This document shows, one piece after another, positions 1-10,103 of a stretch of DNA of 64,000 nucleotides; the stretch's first letter is position 1, and every line of letters starts with the position of its first letter. Made by a program: the position numbers and the translations under genes. The notes under the pieces were generated by a model that saw only the letters and a program-made list of their open reading frames with translations, did no database searches and had not been told where the DNA came from. The stretch comes from an uncultured Gammaproteobacteria bacterium (GTDB lineage Bacteria > Patescibacteriota > Microgenomatia > JALYQM01), in NCBI GenBank assembly GCA_964535655.1, contig CAZHTP010000003.1, positions 131,396-195,395 of the forward strand, in the 5' to 3' direction.

Positions 1-698
1 AGTTTAGTAATACTTTGAGGTGCGAAATATTGAATGTGTTCCGGAATCATATTATAGTTGTAGTCTTTACCAAAAATTTTAAAAGCAAGAGAATCGGCAT
101 TGGGAACTTCAACTATTACCTTTCCATTTTTGTTTAGTTTAGAGTAAATTATTTTTAAATCGGCGAGTGGATTTTGAACATGCTCAAGTACATGCCACAT
201 TGTTACAGCATCGAAAGTATTATCTATCTTTACTAAATCAGCTATATAGCCCGAATAAACTCTATCTTTCCCGATTTTCTCGGACGAATTCTGAACTGCA
301 ACAGGATAGGGATCCATGCCAAACACACTGTACCCTTCTTTTTTTAAACTGCTTAAAAACTCTCCGTTTCCGCAACCGATATCTAACAGCTTGCAGTTTT
401 TTGTGATATTTTCTTTCGTAAAATCCTGATAAGAACTAAAGATTTTGAACTGAAATAATTTAGTAATTACTTTGTTTGATGGTTTTTCAGCTAATTCTTG
501 ATAATATTCTTCCTTTTGATATATTTTGTTTATTTCTTCTGGTGATAATTTAGGATCAAGCAGATAGTATCCACAGTTTGGGCAGGAATAGTATGTAAAA
601 AATTCGTTCTTAAAATCTGCTGGTCGTTGATTGGGTATATCCACTATTTTTCTAAAATCATTTGTAGACTCACATACTAGACAATGTAATTTTTTCAT
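1..698 (-). CDS. class I SAM-dependent methyltransferase with N-terminal CxxC..CxxC zinc ribbon; 3' partial (C-terminus runs off the window start)
   Basis: Manual minus-strand translation from ATG at 698: MKKLHCLVCES...CPNCGYY...LLDIGCGNGEF (SAM motif I)...VIVEVPNADS. Frame is open to position 1. Paralog of the 2782..3630 product. Confidence 0.6.
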   Translation of the reverse strand, partial: MKKLHCLVCESTNDFRKIVDIPNQRPADFKNEFFTYYSCPNCGYYLLDPKLSPEEINKIYQKEEYYQELAEKPSNKVITKLFQFKIFSSYQDFTKENITKNCKLLDIGCGNGEFLSSLKKEGYSVFGMDPYPVAVQNSSEKIGKDRVYSGYIADLVKIDNTFDAVTMWHVLEHVQNPLADLKIIYSKLNKNGKVIVEVPNADSLAFKIFGKDYNYNMIPEHIQYFAPQSITK

Positions 699-699
699 A

Positions 700-1755
700 T
701 TATTTAAACCTATTTAATTTCTCATTTGTATCTTTATAACAATTATGGAATATTTCTAATAAATTACCTTTAACCATAATGGAATCAAAGATTCTTTTAT
801 CTGAAAAACCTCGAATACTTTGCATATACTTACGCTCCCTGAGAGTTGAAGGTAAGGTTGTAACAAGCCAAACAAAGGCTACAGGTAAACTAATTATGGG
901 ATAGATATTTCCATTAATTAAATTGATACATGCTCGAGCTATAAGTAGCATAATCCCCTGCGGAAGATACCATATTAGATTGGCTAATTCGTAATTTTTA
1001 ATTAGCATTCGTAATACCCGTATAGAGGCCATTTCCTGTTGAATCTTAGTTACGCTTTTTTTTCGTATACTCCAAGGTTTAACTGTTACATGATAGGTTA
1101 TAGAGGTAGGAACACTGATAATTCTATTTCCACTAACCCAAATTCGCCAACCAAGTTCTATATCATCAATTCTATCCATTTCTTCGTCAAAACCTCGAAG
1201 TTTTTGTAAAACTGATTTACGAACAAAGGTACCAACTGCGCCCATACTTACTTCCTGGGATTGAACTTTATATTCAAATTCTTTTTCAGCAAAACCTACC
1301 GCGGAAACCCACCCAACCTGAGGAATCAATTTAAGCCCTACTGCTTGCAATAATTCGGGGTGATCGATGTCTCTTACCTTACCACTAACTCCTCCAATTG
1401 TACTATCTGATTCGAGAATTTTTATTGCTTCTATCATCCAGTTGTGATCAAATTTCATGTCGGTTTCTGCCAGAGCAATATATTTACCTTTAGTTACTTC
1501 AATTGCTCTATTTCTGCTACTTGTTAATCCCCGTTTTTGCAGGGTATTAATAATTTTTATCCGTGGTTCATGTAACTCGATTTGTGCGAGATATTCTTTT
1601 GATCCGTCGGTTGATCCATCATCAACTATAATTACCTCAAAGTTAGGATAATTAGTACTTAGAAGACTCTTAAGAAAATCTTCAATATATTCTCTGGTAT
1701 TATAGTTGGGGATTATAACGGAGACGAGTGGAGAAGTAGATTCAGTTATTGCCAT
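700..1755 (-). CDS. family 2 glycosyltransferase (GT-A fold)
   Basis: N-terminal VSVIIPNYN...EVIIVDDGSTDGS signature, with DxD-containing Rossmann-like core. Confidence 0.8.
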   Translation of the reverse strand: MAITESTSPLVSVIIPNYNTREYIEDFLKSLLSTNYPNFEVIIVDDGSTDGSKEYLAQIELHEPRIKIINTLQKRGLTSSRNRAIEVTKGKYIALAETDMKFDHNWMIEAIKILESDSTIGGVSGKVRDIDHPELLQAVGLKLIPQVGWVSAVGFAEKEFEYKVQSQEVSMGAVGTFVRKSVLQKLRGFDEEMDRIDDIELGWRIWVSGNRIISVPTSITYHVTVKPWSIRKKSVTKIQQEMASIRVLRMLIKNYELANLIWYLPQGIMLLIARACINLINGNIYPIISLPVAFVWLVTTLPSTLRERKYMQSIRGFSDKRIFDSIMVKGNLLEIFHNCYKDTNEKLNRFK

Positions 1756-1775
1756 AGTCGATGTCTTTTATATTA

Positions 1776-2789
1776 CTAGCTGAAATACTCTTTGTAAATT
1801 GAGAGTAAACTTTTTTTAGTAAATACTTTATCCATTATTGCCTTGTCCGTTGTTTTTCTTATTTTAGCCTGAATATTATTCCTTTCCTGCAAGGTATTAC
1901 TCATATTGGCAATAGTCCAAATTAATCCTTTTGTAGTGCCCTTAATCGCAGAGATGTCTCTACTTCGTAAAAGAAGTAGTGCTCGAATTATTAATATAGC
2001 TATTGCAACGGGCAAATAATATATAACATTCTGCCATTCATAATTTTTAAGGATACTACGCAGAGAATTTTTTGCCAGATGAAAATATATCTTTTCTTTT
2101 GTAGCAAACATTCCTTTACGATCTGCCACTTTTTTTGTCCAGTGGTATACCTTTGATTGAGGTGCAGAGATAATTTCATAACCACTTAACCATATCCGAA
2201 AAGAGAATTCTATGTCTTCGGTATAAACACCAAGTAATTCATCAAAACCACCTAATTTTTCGTACAAATCTTTTCGCACTGACATGGCCGCTGATAAGGC
2301 AATTATATTTGTATTAATCAGTGGCCGCTCATCAACTTTTTTACCAGCGTATAAAGGAATTCCCCAAAACGTATGCGGAATAAGATGTGTTCCAATTAAC
2401 TGGATACTATCGCGATTAAGAAAATCTATTAATGTACTCTGTACTCCTCCCACACTACCCTCGTTCAATAGCGGGGTAATTAATGGATCTAACCAGTCTT
2501 GGTCAACCTCGGTATCGTTATCCAGGAATATGAGGATATTGGTGGTTGCTCTGCTAACTGCATGATTTCTGGTTGCTGCAGCTCCGAGATTAGAAAGGTT
2601 CTGAAGTAATACTAGTCGTGAATCTGTTCTCTGTATTTCTCGAATATATTCGAGAGACGAATCTGTTGAACAATCATCGCAGATAATCAGCTCAAAGTCC
2701 CGATACGTACTTTTGAGAATGGAAGGGATACTAACTTCAAGAAATTTTCTCCCATTGTAAGTTGCGATAATAATTGAGATTTTATTCAT
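1776..2789 (-). CDS. family 2 glycosyltransferase
   Basis: ISIIIATYNGRKFLEVSIPSIL...ELIICDDCSTDSS; C-terminal hydrophobic helices. Confidence 0.8.
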   Translation of the reverse strand: MNKISIIIATYNGRKFLEVSIPSILKSTYRDFELIICDDCSTDSSLEYIREIQRTDSRLVLLQNLSNLGAAATRNHAVSRATTNILIFLDNDTEVDQDWLDPLITPLLNEGSVGGVQSTLIDFLNRDSIQLIGTHLIPHTFWGIPLYAGKKVDERPLINTNIIALSAAMSVRKDLYEKLGGFDELLGVYTEDIEFSFRIWLSGYEIISAPQSKVYHWTKKVADRKGMFATKEKIYFHLAKNSLRSILKNYEWQNVIYYLPVAIAILIIRALLLLRSRDISAIKGTTKGLIWTIANMSNTLQERNNIQAKIRKTTDKAIMDKVFTKKSLLSIYKEYFS

Positions 2790-3630
2790 AGGATTGCCAC
2801 ACCTGTCTCAGAATATCACCTTTTTTTTGTTGTGATGCTGTCCACTGGATTTGAATCGATTTAAGTTTATTGCGCATTGTGTTTGTTGTTGCTTTGGCAT
2901 AGAGAAAAGGCATTGCAAATGGAGTCTCGGAGATAATAACCTTAAACCGGTTTTGTTCTGCCAGATACCGAAGAGAACTATCACTCCAATACGTAACATG
3001 TTCGGGAATTGAAAACCAGGGATATTTATTACCTGTTCGCTTTAAAACTTCAGATTCAGCATTGGGGACTTCGATAATAAAATATCCAGAAGGGATCAAC
3101 TTCTCTTTAATGCTCAGAATAAAATGATTAGGATCGGGGTTATGTTCAAGAACATGCCAGGCTGTTATACAATCAAATTTATGAGTCCACGGGAGATTAG
3201 GTATATCTCCGCTAAAAATAGTATCCAATTGTAATCGCTTTTTGGCTAAACCTGCGGCATACTCACTCCATTCAGTACCATAGACATCGACATTTCTGTT
3301 TTTCATATCAAAGAGAAAACTTCCGTTTCCACACCCAACATCCAGTAACTTTTGTCCACTTTTACAATAATTTGTGGTTGTCGTGATTCGATTTTTTGAA
3401 AGTAAATTCATTACTTTAGTGGGGAGATTGTCCGAGACATTTTCATAGAGGTTGTAATTTTCATTGTAGATCTTGGTTAAAATATCTTGGCCCGGAAATG
3501 GTTCGAGCATCCAAAGCTTACAGTTATTACATTCAAAATAACGATAAAAAGGATTACCTACCTTGCGAGGATTGGGAATGCCTTCAAGCATGGTGTGACC
3601 ATCGGTTTTATTACATACTACACATTTCAT
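2782..3630 (-). CDS. class I SAM-dependent methyltransferase with N-terminal zinc ribbon
   Basis: MKCVVCNKTDGH...FECNNCKLW (Cys4), LLDVGCGNGSF motif I, FIIEVPNAES. Overlaps neighbours by 8 and 4 nt. Confidence 0.75.
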   Translation of the reverse strand: MKCVVCNKTDGHTMLEGIPNPRKVGNPFYRYFECNNCKLWMLEPFPGQDILTKIYNENYNLYENVSDNLPTKVMNLLSKNRITTTTNYCKSGQKLLDVGCGNGSFLFDMKNRNVDVYGTEWSEYAAGLAKKRLQLDTIFSGDIPNLPWTHKFDCITAWHVLEHNPDPNHFILSIKEKLIPSGYFIIEVPNAESEVLKRTGNKYPWFSIPEHVTYWSDSSLRYLAEQNRFKVIISETPFAMPFLYAKATTNTMRNKLKSIQIQWTASQQKKGDILRQVWQSYE

Positions 3631-4508
3631 ATTTTTATTGTTAATCCTTCACCCACTCCTTTGAGAAAATCTCCAACGCCGGAGTATTTATGATATTTGA
3701 TTGCCAATTTAGAATAATACAAAAAAAACAGAGGGAGGAATATAAGAAAAACCATGAAGTGCGGACTATATTTGCGCATAAAAATAATTCTATTACGTGC
3801 AAGAAGTTTTGTCAGTTGTAAAAGTCGAATATTAGCTCGGTCTAAATCGTACGGTATTTTATGATAGGCAACCGCTTTTGGCGTGTAATATGTCTTGTAG
3901 CCTGCTTTTTTTACTCTTGTGCAATAATCGGTATCTTCATAGGAATGATAATAAATTGGGTCAAATATGCCTACTTTTTCAATTATCTCTTGCCTGGTTA
4001 AAAGTACTGCCGGTGCTACACCAACCTGAACAACTTGATCATACTGACCGACATCTTCTCCCCCTCGAAATAAATTCTGTCCGGTAGTTAAATTAATGTC
4101 TGTACCAGCAGACCAGATTATTTTCTTATTTTCCCAATAAAATATTTTTGGTGTGACGATGCCGATACTTGGATCGGATTCGGCTGTTTTCAGTAATTCT
4201 TCCAACATAGTAGGCTCGGCCACCATGTCGTGATCGAAAAAAAGTAAATAATCATAATCCGATGCCTGCTTAATGCCCTCATTTCTACCGCCAACAACAC
4301 CAGTATTGGTCGGAAGTTGAACCAATTGCATTAATCTGTTGGATGAATATTTTTGCGTTAAAAGATTAAAGGTTCCATCAGTTGAGGCATTGTCAATCAC
4401 TATTAGTTTAGCGCTCTTGACGGTTTGATTTAGAATAGAATCGATTGCTTCGCAAGCAGCTTCTTTTTGATTATAGGTAGGGATTATCGTAATAATTTTA
4501 TTTTCCAC
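3627..4508 (-). CDS. family 2 glycosyltransferase
   Basis: ITIIPTYNQ...LIVIDNASTDGT...FFDHD (DxD). Confidence 0.8.
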   Translation of the reverse strand: MENKIITIIPTYNQKEAACEAIDSILNQTVKSAKLIVIDNASTDGTFNLLTQKYSSNRLMQLVQLPTNTGVVGGRNEGIKQASDYDYLLFFDHDMVAEPTMLEELLKTAESDPSIGIVTPKIFYWENKKIIWSAGTDINLTTGQNLFRGGEDVGQYDQVVQVGVAPAVLLTRQEIIEKVGIFDPIYYHSYEDTDYCTRVKKAGYKTYYTPKAVAYHKIPYDLDRANIRLLQLTKLLARNRIIFMRKYSPHFMVFLIFLPLFFLYYSKLAIKYHKYSGVGDFLKGVGEGLTIKI

Positions 4509-4563
4509 GACTTGATTATACTATTTTAGTCGTTTATTATCATCCCACTTCAGGCTGAATTCT

Positions 4564-4818
4564 ATGCTTAAACAAAGGCTACGTTTTATTTTTTCCTCAA
4601 CACATATTTTTCCGTATCTTACTTTGTTTTTGATTTTAATTATTCTAACGTTAAGCGGTATATTTCTCTTCTATTTTTTTCTTAGGACAAAAAATAAATT
4701 GTTGCTATTGGGCGGTGGGGCACTCACCGGGGTCTTAGGTTTTTTGTTGTCACTTTTTTTACTTTCCTATGTGCTTAAACCTCCCTTTGGGATAGGCAAG
4801 GAACTCTTTATTCCGTAG
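4564..4818 (+). CDS. hypothetical small membrane protein (2 predicted TM helices)
   Basis: ORF in a 610-bp gap between minus-strand GT genes. Strongly hydrophobic, with a GGGALTG motif. No homology recognised. Confidence 0.3.
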   Translation: MLKQRLRFIFSSTHIFPYLTLFLILIILTLSGIFLFYFFLRTKNKLLLLGGGALTGVLGFLLSLFLLSYVLKPPFGIGKELFIP

Positions 4819-4869
4819 GACGAAGTTACGCAAAACCTACCTGATGATGAAAATAGTTTTTATTCCCTA

Positions 4870-5121
4870 ATGAAATCTATTCCTCAAAATTCGTCCGTGT
4901 ATGTTGATAATTTTGACTTCCCTGAGATTCGTCGAGGACTAATTTTGAGATTGTCACACACCAATTTATTATATGGCCCTGCCTATCTTCAAGCGGCACT
5001 GCAAAATCCAACTATAAAATACCTCTTTCTTAATCCTACCAACGTAACGGAACAAGTAATAGTAGCGTTTATATTCAAAGACAAAGTACGTGAAGTTGAG
5101 TTGTGGGAGATGAAGAATTAA
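4870..5121 (+). CDS. hypothetical protein
   Basis: ORF in the same gap; no recognisable domain. May be spurious. Confidence 0.2.
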   Translation: MKSIPQNSSVYVDNFDFPEIRRGLILRLSHTNLLYGPAYLQAALQNPTIKYLFLNPTNVTEQVIVAFIFKDKVREVELWEMKN

Positions 5122-6317
5122 TGACTATGCAAGTGTGCTAAGATACTTTCTGATCTTTTCCCCCAATCCCAGTCATTTTCTATTAAGTTTTTTGCTTGCT
5201 GTTGCACTTCTGCATACTTTTGCGGGTTAGTAATTAGTTCAACAATGGCATCGGCAAAAGCGGCAATATTACCAAAGGGAATTTTTATCATTCCTTGTGG
5301 ATAATATGTTTTTAATGCTTCAAGATCAAAGGAGATGGCGGGAATATCCCACGCCATGGCTTCTGCTGCCGCCATACCGCCACTATCGTAGACTGCAGGA
5401 TGGAGCGCAATTTTACTTTGCGAAAAATAGCGATATTTTTCTTCGCCGTCGAAAAGATAGCCCGTGAGAATAATATTTTTCTCTAAACCAAGAGAGTGCA
5501 CTTTTTCTTTTACTTCGGACATAAGTGGACCATCACCCATCATTACTAATTTTGCATTCGGCATGATGTCAGTAACTTTTTTCCAGATATCTATTAGCTC
5601 CAGAACACCTTTTTGCGGATGGAAACGTCCTAAGAAAACTGCCTCATATTTTTTGTCAACGATGCCAATTTTTTCTTTCCACTCGTTAATCTTTTGCAAA
5701 TCGACGCCACCTTTGATGATGAGGCAATGTCCCCGTTTGTCTTGAGAAGGAAAGCGCTTAGTGTCTGGATCGCTGGTGACAAAAATATATTCTGCATAAT
5801 TTTTGAAAAGCCAATAAATAGGTAGTTGTTGCATGAAATATACGATACCTTTTATGCTTGGTAGTTTAACTTTTCCTATTTCGGTGAATCCTTTAAAGGG
5901 ATTGGGGGCCGCGAGATAAAATGAACCAATTAGTTGCGCTTTCGGATAGCGGAATTTTAAAATAAGTGAAGGTATGGCATCCTGCCAAAAGTCCGAGCAT
6001 GAATAAATATAACTATGTTCTTCTGACAAGGGATATACCCGAGTGAACGCAAAATATACGCCTGAAAAAATACGATAAATATAGTTAATTATAAAGGGTA
6101 GTTTAGTTACCGGCCCAATAAACCATTTATTAAACGATATATTGGGCAGACTTTCAGTAATGCTTTCTCTCTTACACATTTCGTATCCATCTTCCCAGAC
6201 ACAAATCATTATCTTACTATTTTTATGTGACCAATTACGGGCAAGTTCCATAAAAATTCGATCAGAACCTGATAATCCTGAACCTACAGCAGCATTGGCA
6301 ATAAACACAAAGTTCAT
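5118..6317 (-). CDS. GT4-family (GT-B fold) glycosyltransferase
   Basis: C-terminal GGMAAAEAMAWDIPAISFD motif (E-X7-E-like region typical of retaining GT4 enzymes). Confidence 0.75.
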   Translation of the reverse strand: MNFVFIANAAVGSGLSGSDRIFMELARNWSHKNSKIMICVWEDGYEMCKRESITESLPNISFNKWFIGPVTKLPFIINYIYRIFSGVYFAFTRVYPLSEEHSYIYSCSDFWQDAIPSLILKFRYPKAQLIGSFYLAAPNPFKGFTEIGKVKLPSIKGIVYFMQQLPIYWLFKNYAEYIFVTSDPDTKRFPSQDKRGHCLIIKGGVDLQKINEWKEKIGIVDKKYEAVFLGRFHPQKGVLELIDIWKKVTDIMPNAKLVMMGDGPLMSEVKEKVHSLGLEKNIILTGYLFDGEEKYRYFSQSKIALHPAVYDSGGMAAAEAMAWDIPAISFDLEALKTYYPQGMIKIPFGNIAAFADAIVELITNPQKYAEVQQQAKNLIENDWDWGKRSESILAHLHSH

Positions 6318-7045
6318 ATTTTTTTGGCTTTCACTATTACAATGTAAGGAATTGATTCACTATCTTCTAATTTATAGGGAACAAGCTCTCCAGTGCAATT
6401 AATAAGTGTCTTGTAAGCCCGCCACATCTTTTGGACCGCCTTAGAGTTCGTCTTGCAGGCAATCCATCTCACCGATTGGATAATCTTCATGGAGGTACTC
6501 TCCTGGGCTACTATTTTCTCAATTTTGAAATGCTTACTTACAAGGTTTATGAACTGCTTTGTCGTAAATTCCTGGACATGAAAATGATTTGATGAAATCT
6601 CCCCTAAGGAAAACCCCATTATATCCGGACTTGAGATATATATTTCTCCATTTGACTTGAGAACTCTGGCCAGTTCTTTTAAATAGCTTTCTACTTTATC
6701 TATCGGTAAATGTTCAATAGTTTCAAAGGAAATAATTGTATCGAAGGTATTGTCCGGAAATTCAATCTGCGAGGCATCTCCTTGTTGAAAAATAATTTTT
6801 GGACTGACAAATTCTTTTTTGGCACTTTCGATGGCTTCATTTGAAATATCTATGCCAATTACCTGGCTTGCGGATTTTGCTAAAATATTACTTCCATACC
6901 CGGTTCCACAGGCAATATCTAAAACTTTAGTACCAACTCCCTCGCTCAGAGCAAATTGATACCGCTTTATATGTTGATTAATGGTTCCCTTATAAATCCA
7001 GGAAGTATTGTCTGGATGTATTCGTTCAAGAGGTTTGATCCACAT
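6314..7045 (-). CDS. class I SAM-dependent methyltransferase
   Basis: VLDIACGTGYGS motif I; 4-nt overlap with the upstream GT4 gene. Confidence 0.75.
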   Translation of the reverse strand: MWIKPLERIHPDNTSWIYKGTINQHIKRYQFALSEGVGTKVLDIACGTGYGSNILAKSASQVIGIDISNEAIESAKKEFVSPKIIFQQGDASQIEFPDNTFDTIISFETIEHLPIDKVESYLKELARVLKSNGEIYISSPDIMGFSLGEISSNHFHVQEFTTKQFINLVSKHFKIEKIVAQESTSMKIIQSVRWIACKTNSKAVQKMWRAYKTLINCTGELVPYKLEDSESIPYIVIVKAKKI

Positions 7046-7052
7046 AGGCGAA

Positions 7053-10000
7053 TTATATACGAAATCTTACCTCAATAGTATAGCTTCCTTTTTTATCTAT
7101 AGCCCAACTATTTGCATATTCGTATATTTTTGTATGCGACGTAAGAAGTTCCTTTCCGATACTGGCCTGCCAATTTTTATTAAATGTCTCTTTAAAGATT
7201 AACCTAAATGGACGATTACTGTCTTTAACTGTAACAGTATAAAACATTGGGGATTTTCTCTCGTATGAAATATTTATTCCCGCATCGGCAGTAATACGAG
7301 TATTTTTCTTCGCATCTGAATTAAGATATAATTCAAGATTTTTTTCTTCTTTTTCAAGTTTAATATTTGGATATAACTGCAATTTCTTTTTAACTTCTTC
7401 AGTTGAATCAACCCCAGTGGCTACTACACCATTATCCTTATGTAGAACAAGATATCTGACGTCCATTTCTTTTAACAATTCTTGGAAATTTTCTTTACCA
7501 AACGATTTGTATAATTGTAAATATTTTGAATCATAATAAGGCGTGCGGAGAATTTTAGAAATGGAAGGGTTATCGAAAAGGAATTCGCTCGGTTCTAATC
7601 CTGAATATTTACCGGTAGGCCATAGATACTCCATTCCGTCACCATTGACTATAGGCAAATGAACAATCCTACCATCAGAATGATCTTCACGTATCTTTTT
7701 ATTTATTATTTCATAGTCTATAGGAACTTTAACATGAGTATTTCCTACTCCTGCTCCATAAACAGTTCCTTTCCACATTGGCCAGACCAATATGCCAATA
7801 CACAGGAAAAATATTAAACCACTACTTACGAGAAGGATTGATCTATTTTTTATTCTAGAGAGGGCGATCTGCACACCAGCACCGAAAAATATTGCATAGG
7901 GAAAAAGAAATATGATCCCTGCCTTTTCATAAGAGTTCCGGAGAGACTGTGACGCTGGGATAGTTTGAAAAAGCCAAGAGAATAACTGTTCACCAAAAGG
8001 TGCATTGGTTCCTTTACTTATAATAAGTCCAAATACAAAAACTAAGAAAACAAATAGATATGACCTGTTTTTATGTAAGAAAAATACTCCCAATAAAACA
8101 AAAACCAATATTAGCCAGGAAATCCAATATGCTTCTGACGAGAGATACCAACCCCCATAATTGGTGGAAGAAAAAATAGCTGTTTGCCTTAATAAAAGAA
8201 TTTGAGATATCGGGAAAAACTGGCTTACTCCGGCCAAGGAACTTAAGTTTTCTTTTGATTGATTAATTGTTTCAAAAGAATTCGCCCCCATTTTAAGGTA
8301 TGGATATATCCACCAAGTGTTGGCAACAGTCCATCCTCCCCACGCTGCCACAGCTCTAGCAATTATTTTTCTGTTTTTCCCTAACGGAATTGTTAGGCTT
8401 GTGACGGTATAAATCCCGGCAATTAACCAGAGAACCAAAACTGCAGAGGGTTGCCCAAACGCATAGGAATATGGAATTGAGAGTAGCAAGAAAGAAAAAA
8501 AATATTTTTTCTGTCCCGTGGTTACCCACTCCATCCAGGTGAGTAAAAACCAAGGCAGATAAGCCCATAAAGTTGTTCCTGTTGTGAGTAGTCTCCCCCA
8601 AATTTGCGACATTGAATATATGTTGAGTAGGTAAAACAGCGCTATTATTAATGCCGCTTTTTCATCTTTTATGAGCTTTTTTGAAACAGCATACATCCCA
8701 CTTAAGCCAGAAATGAGAAGAAGCCAATAGATTATAGCCTGCGCTAAGAAAGGTTTTAAAAATGACGAAAAAAACCAGGCAATAAATAATAAAGGGACTC
8801 TTGGCTGGACAACTGGCATTGGGAAGCCAGTACCTGTTTCATACCATGGAGAGTTATATACCTGTATTATTCTTCCTGGATTAAAAAAAACGAGTGATTC
8901 TTCTCCACTTACTATTAACATTCTAGACCTAAACCAACTGATGCAAAGAATTGTAGCTAGCAGGAAAAAAATCGTATGAGGAGTTTGTAAGAAACTCACG
9001 ATCTGTTTATTATTTTTTTCAATTACATTTCCGGGAAGAATCTTTTCGTAATATATTGTAGGAACTTTTTCTTCATCGCTTGGAATAATTTCAGAAAACC
9101 TTTTTTTCTTTTGCACAAAGTACTCGAAATAAATGGAAAAAGGTTTTAAGAAATGTTCAGCAGGGTATTTTTTTTCTTGTTTATTAATTATCCTGCCTAA
9201 GATGATAGGAAGACCCTGTTTTAAGAAGATAGCATGCGCTTTGAGAACTGATCCTATATAAAAAAGCTGACCTTTTGTTAAATAGAATAGACAACTCACA
9301 TAATCCATCGCCATTCGAAGGGGGAGGACATAGAGTAAACGACTTATGGACATGTTTCTTGCAAGTAATAATAGATTATTTTTATGAACAAAGAAGACTT
9401 TTTTAGGTAAAATATCTTTTGAAGACCCTAAGCCTTTGTGATAAATAATAGATTTCGGAGCACAAACAATTTTATAGCCTAGATTTTTAATTCGCCAACA
9501 CAAATCTATCTCTTCATGATGGAAGAAAAAATCTGTTGGTAAAAGGCCGGTCTCAGCGAGGACGCTTTTACGTAGTAAAATGCAACTGCCGCTTGCCCAA
9601 AAGATTTCAACATTTGTGTTATATTGCCCCAGGTCTTTTTCCAGCTCAAAACCAACTCTTCCCCGAGCATATGGATATCCGAGCTTATCTATGTAACCTC
9701 CTGCGGCTCCGGCATACTCAAAATATTCTTGTTCGAAATATGAGCGGATTTTTGGCTGTAGTGCTGCTATTTTAGAGTCACTTTCAGCGACCTTTACCAG
9801 TTCATGAATCCAGTCTTTCTCGACTGTAGTGTCATTGTTAAGTAAAATTACGTACGGTGCATCAGACTCTTGAATTCCTCGATTGTTACCTTCGGCAAAT
9901 CCATAATTTATTTCATTGCGAATAATTTTTACTCTTGGATCCTTAAATTCTGATACTAATTTTGAAGCTTGATTCTCTTTCGATCCATTATCGATAACCA

Positions 10001-10103
10001 CAACTTCAAAATTGGGATAATCAGTTTTAAGAACAGAAGATATACACTCTCTTGTATCAAGTAGTCCGTTAAAATTTAAAATGATTACGGTTACTTTTGG
10101 CAT
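7053..10103 (-). CDS. GT2 glycosyltransferase fused to a large polytopic membrane domain and a C-terminal extracytoplasmic domain (1016 aa)
   Basis: N-terminus VTVIILNFNG...EVVVIDNGSKEN...LLNNDT (GT2). This is followed by ~12 hydrophobic segments, then a ~250-aa hydrophilic C-terminus. Confidence 0.65.
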   Translation of the reverse strand: MPKVTVIILNFNGLLDTRECISSVLKTDYPNFEVVVIDNGSKENQASKLVSEFKDPRVKIIRNEINYGFAEGNNRGIQESDAPYVILLNNDTTVEKDWIHELVKVAESDSKIAALQPKIRSYFEQEYFEYAGAAGGYIDKLGYPYARGRVGFELEKDLGQYNTNVEIFWASGSCILLRKSVLAETGLLPTDFFFHHEEIDLCWRIKNLGYKIVCAPKSIIYHKGLGSSKDILPKKVFFVHKNNLLLLARNMSISRLLYVLPLRMAMDYVSCLFYLTKGQLFYIGSVLKAHAIFLKQGLPIILGRIINKQEKKYPAEHFLKPFSIYFEYFVQKKKRFSEIIPSDEEKVPTIYYEKILPGNVIEKNNKQIVSFLQTPHTIFFLLATILCISWFRSRMLIVSGEESLVFFNPGRIIQVYNSPWYETGTGFPMPVVQPRVPLLFIAWFFSSFLKPFLAQAIIYWLLLISGLSGMYAVSKKLIKDEKAALIIALFYLLNIYSMSQIWGRLLTTGTTLWAYLPWFLLTWMEWVTTGQKKYFFSFLLLSIPYSYAFGQPSAVLVLWLIAGIYTVTSLTIPLGKNRKIIARAVAAWGGWTVANTWWIYPYLKMGANSFETINQSKENLSSLAGVSQFFPISQILLLRQTAIFSSTNYGGWYLSSEAYWISWLILVFVLLGVFFLHKNRSYLFVFLVFVFGLIISKGTNAPFGEQLFSWLFQTIPASQSLRNSYEKAGIIFLFPYAIFFGAGVQIALSRIKNRSILLVSSGLIFFLCIGILVWPMWKGTVYGAGVGNTHVKVPIDYEIINKKIREDHSDGRIVHLPIVNGDGMEYLWPTGKYSGLEPSEFLFDNPSISKILRTPYYDSKYLQLYKSFGKENFQELLKEMDVRYLVLHKDNGVVATGVDSTEEVKKKLQLYPNIKLEKEEKNLELYLNSDAKKNTRITADAGINISYERKSPMFYTVTVKDSNRPFRLIFKETFNKNWQASIGKELLTSHTKIYEYANSWAIDKKGSYTIEVRFRI

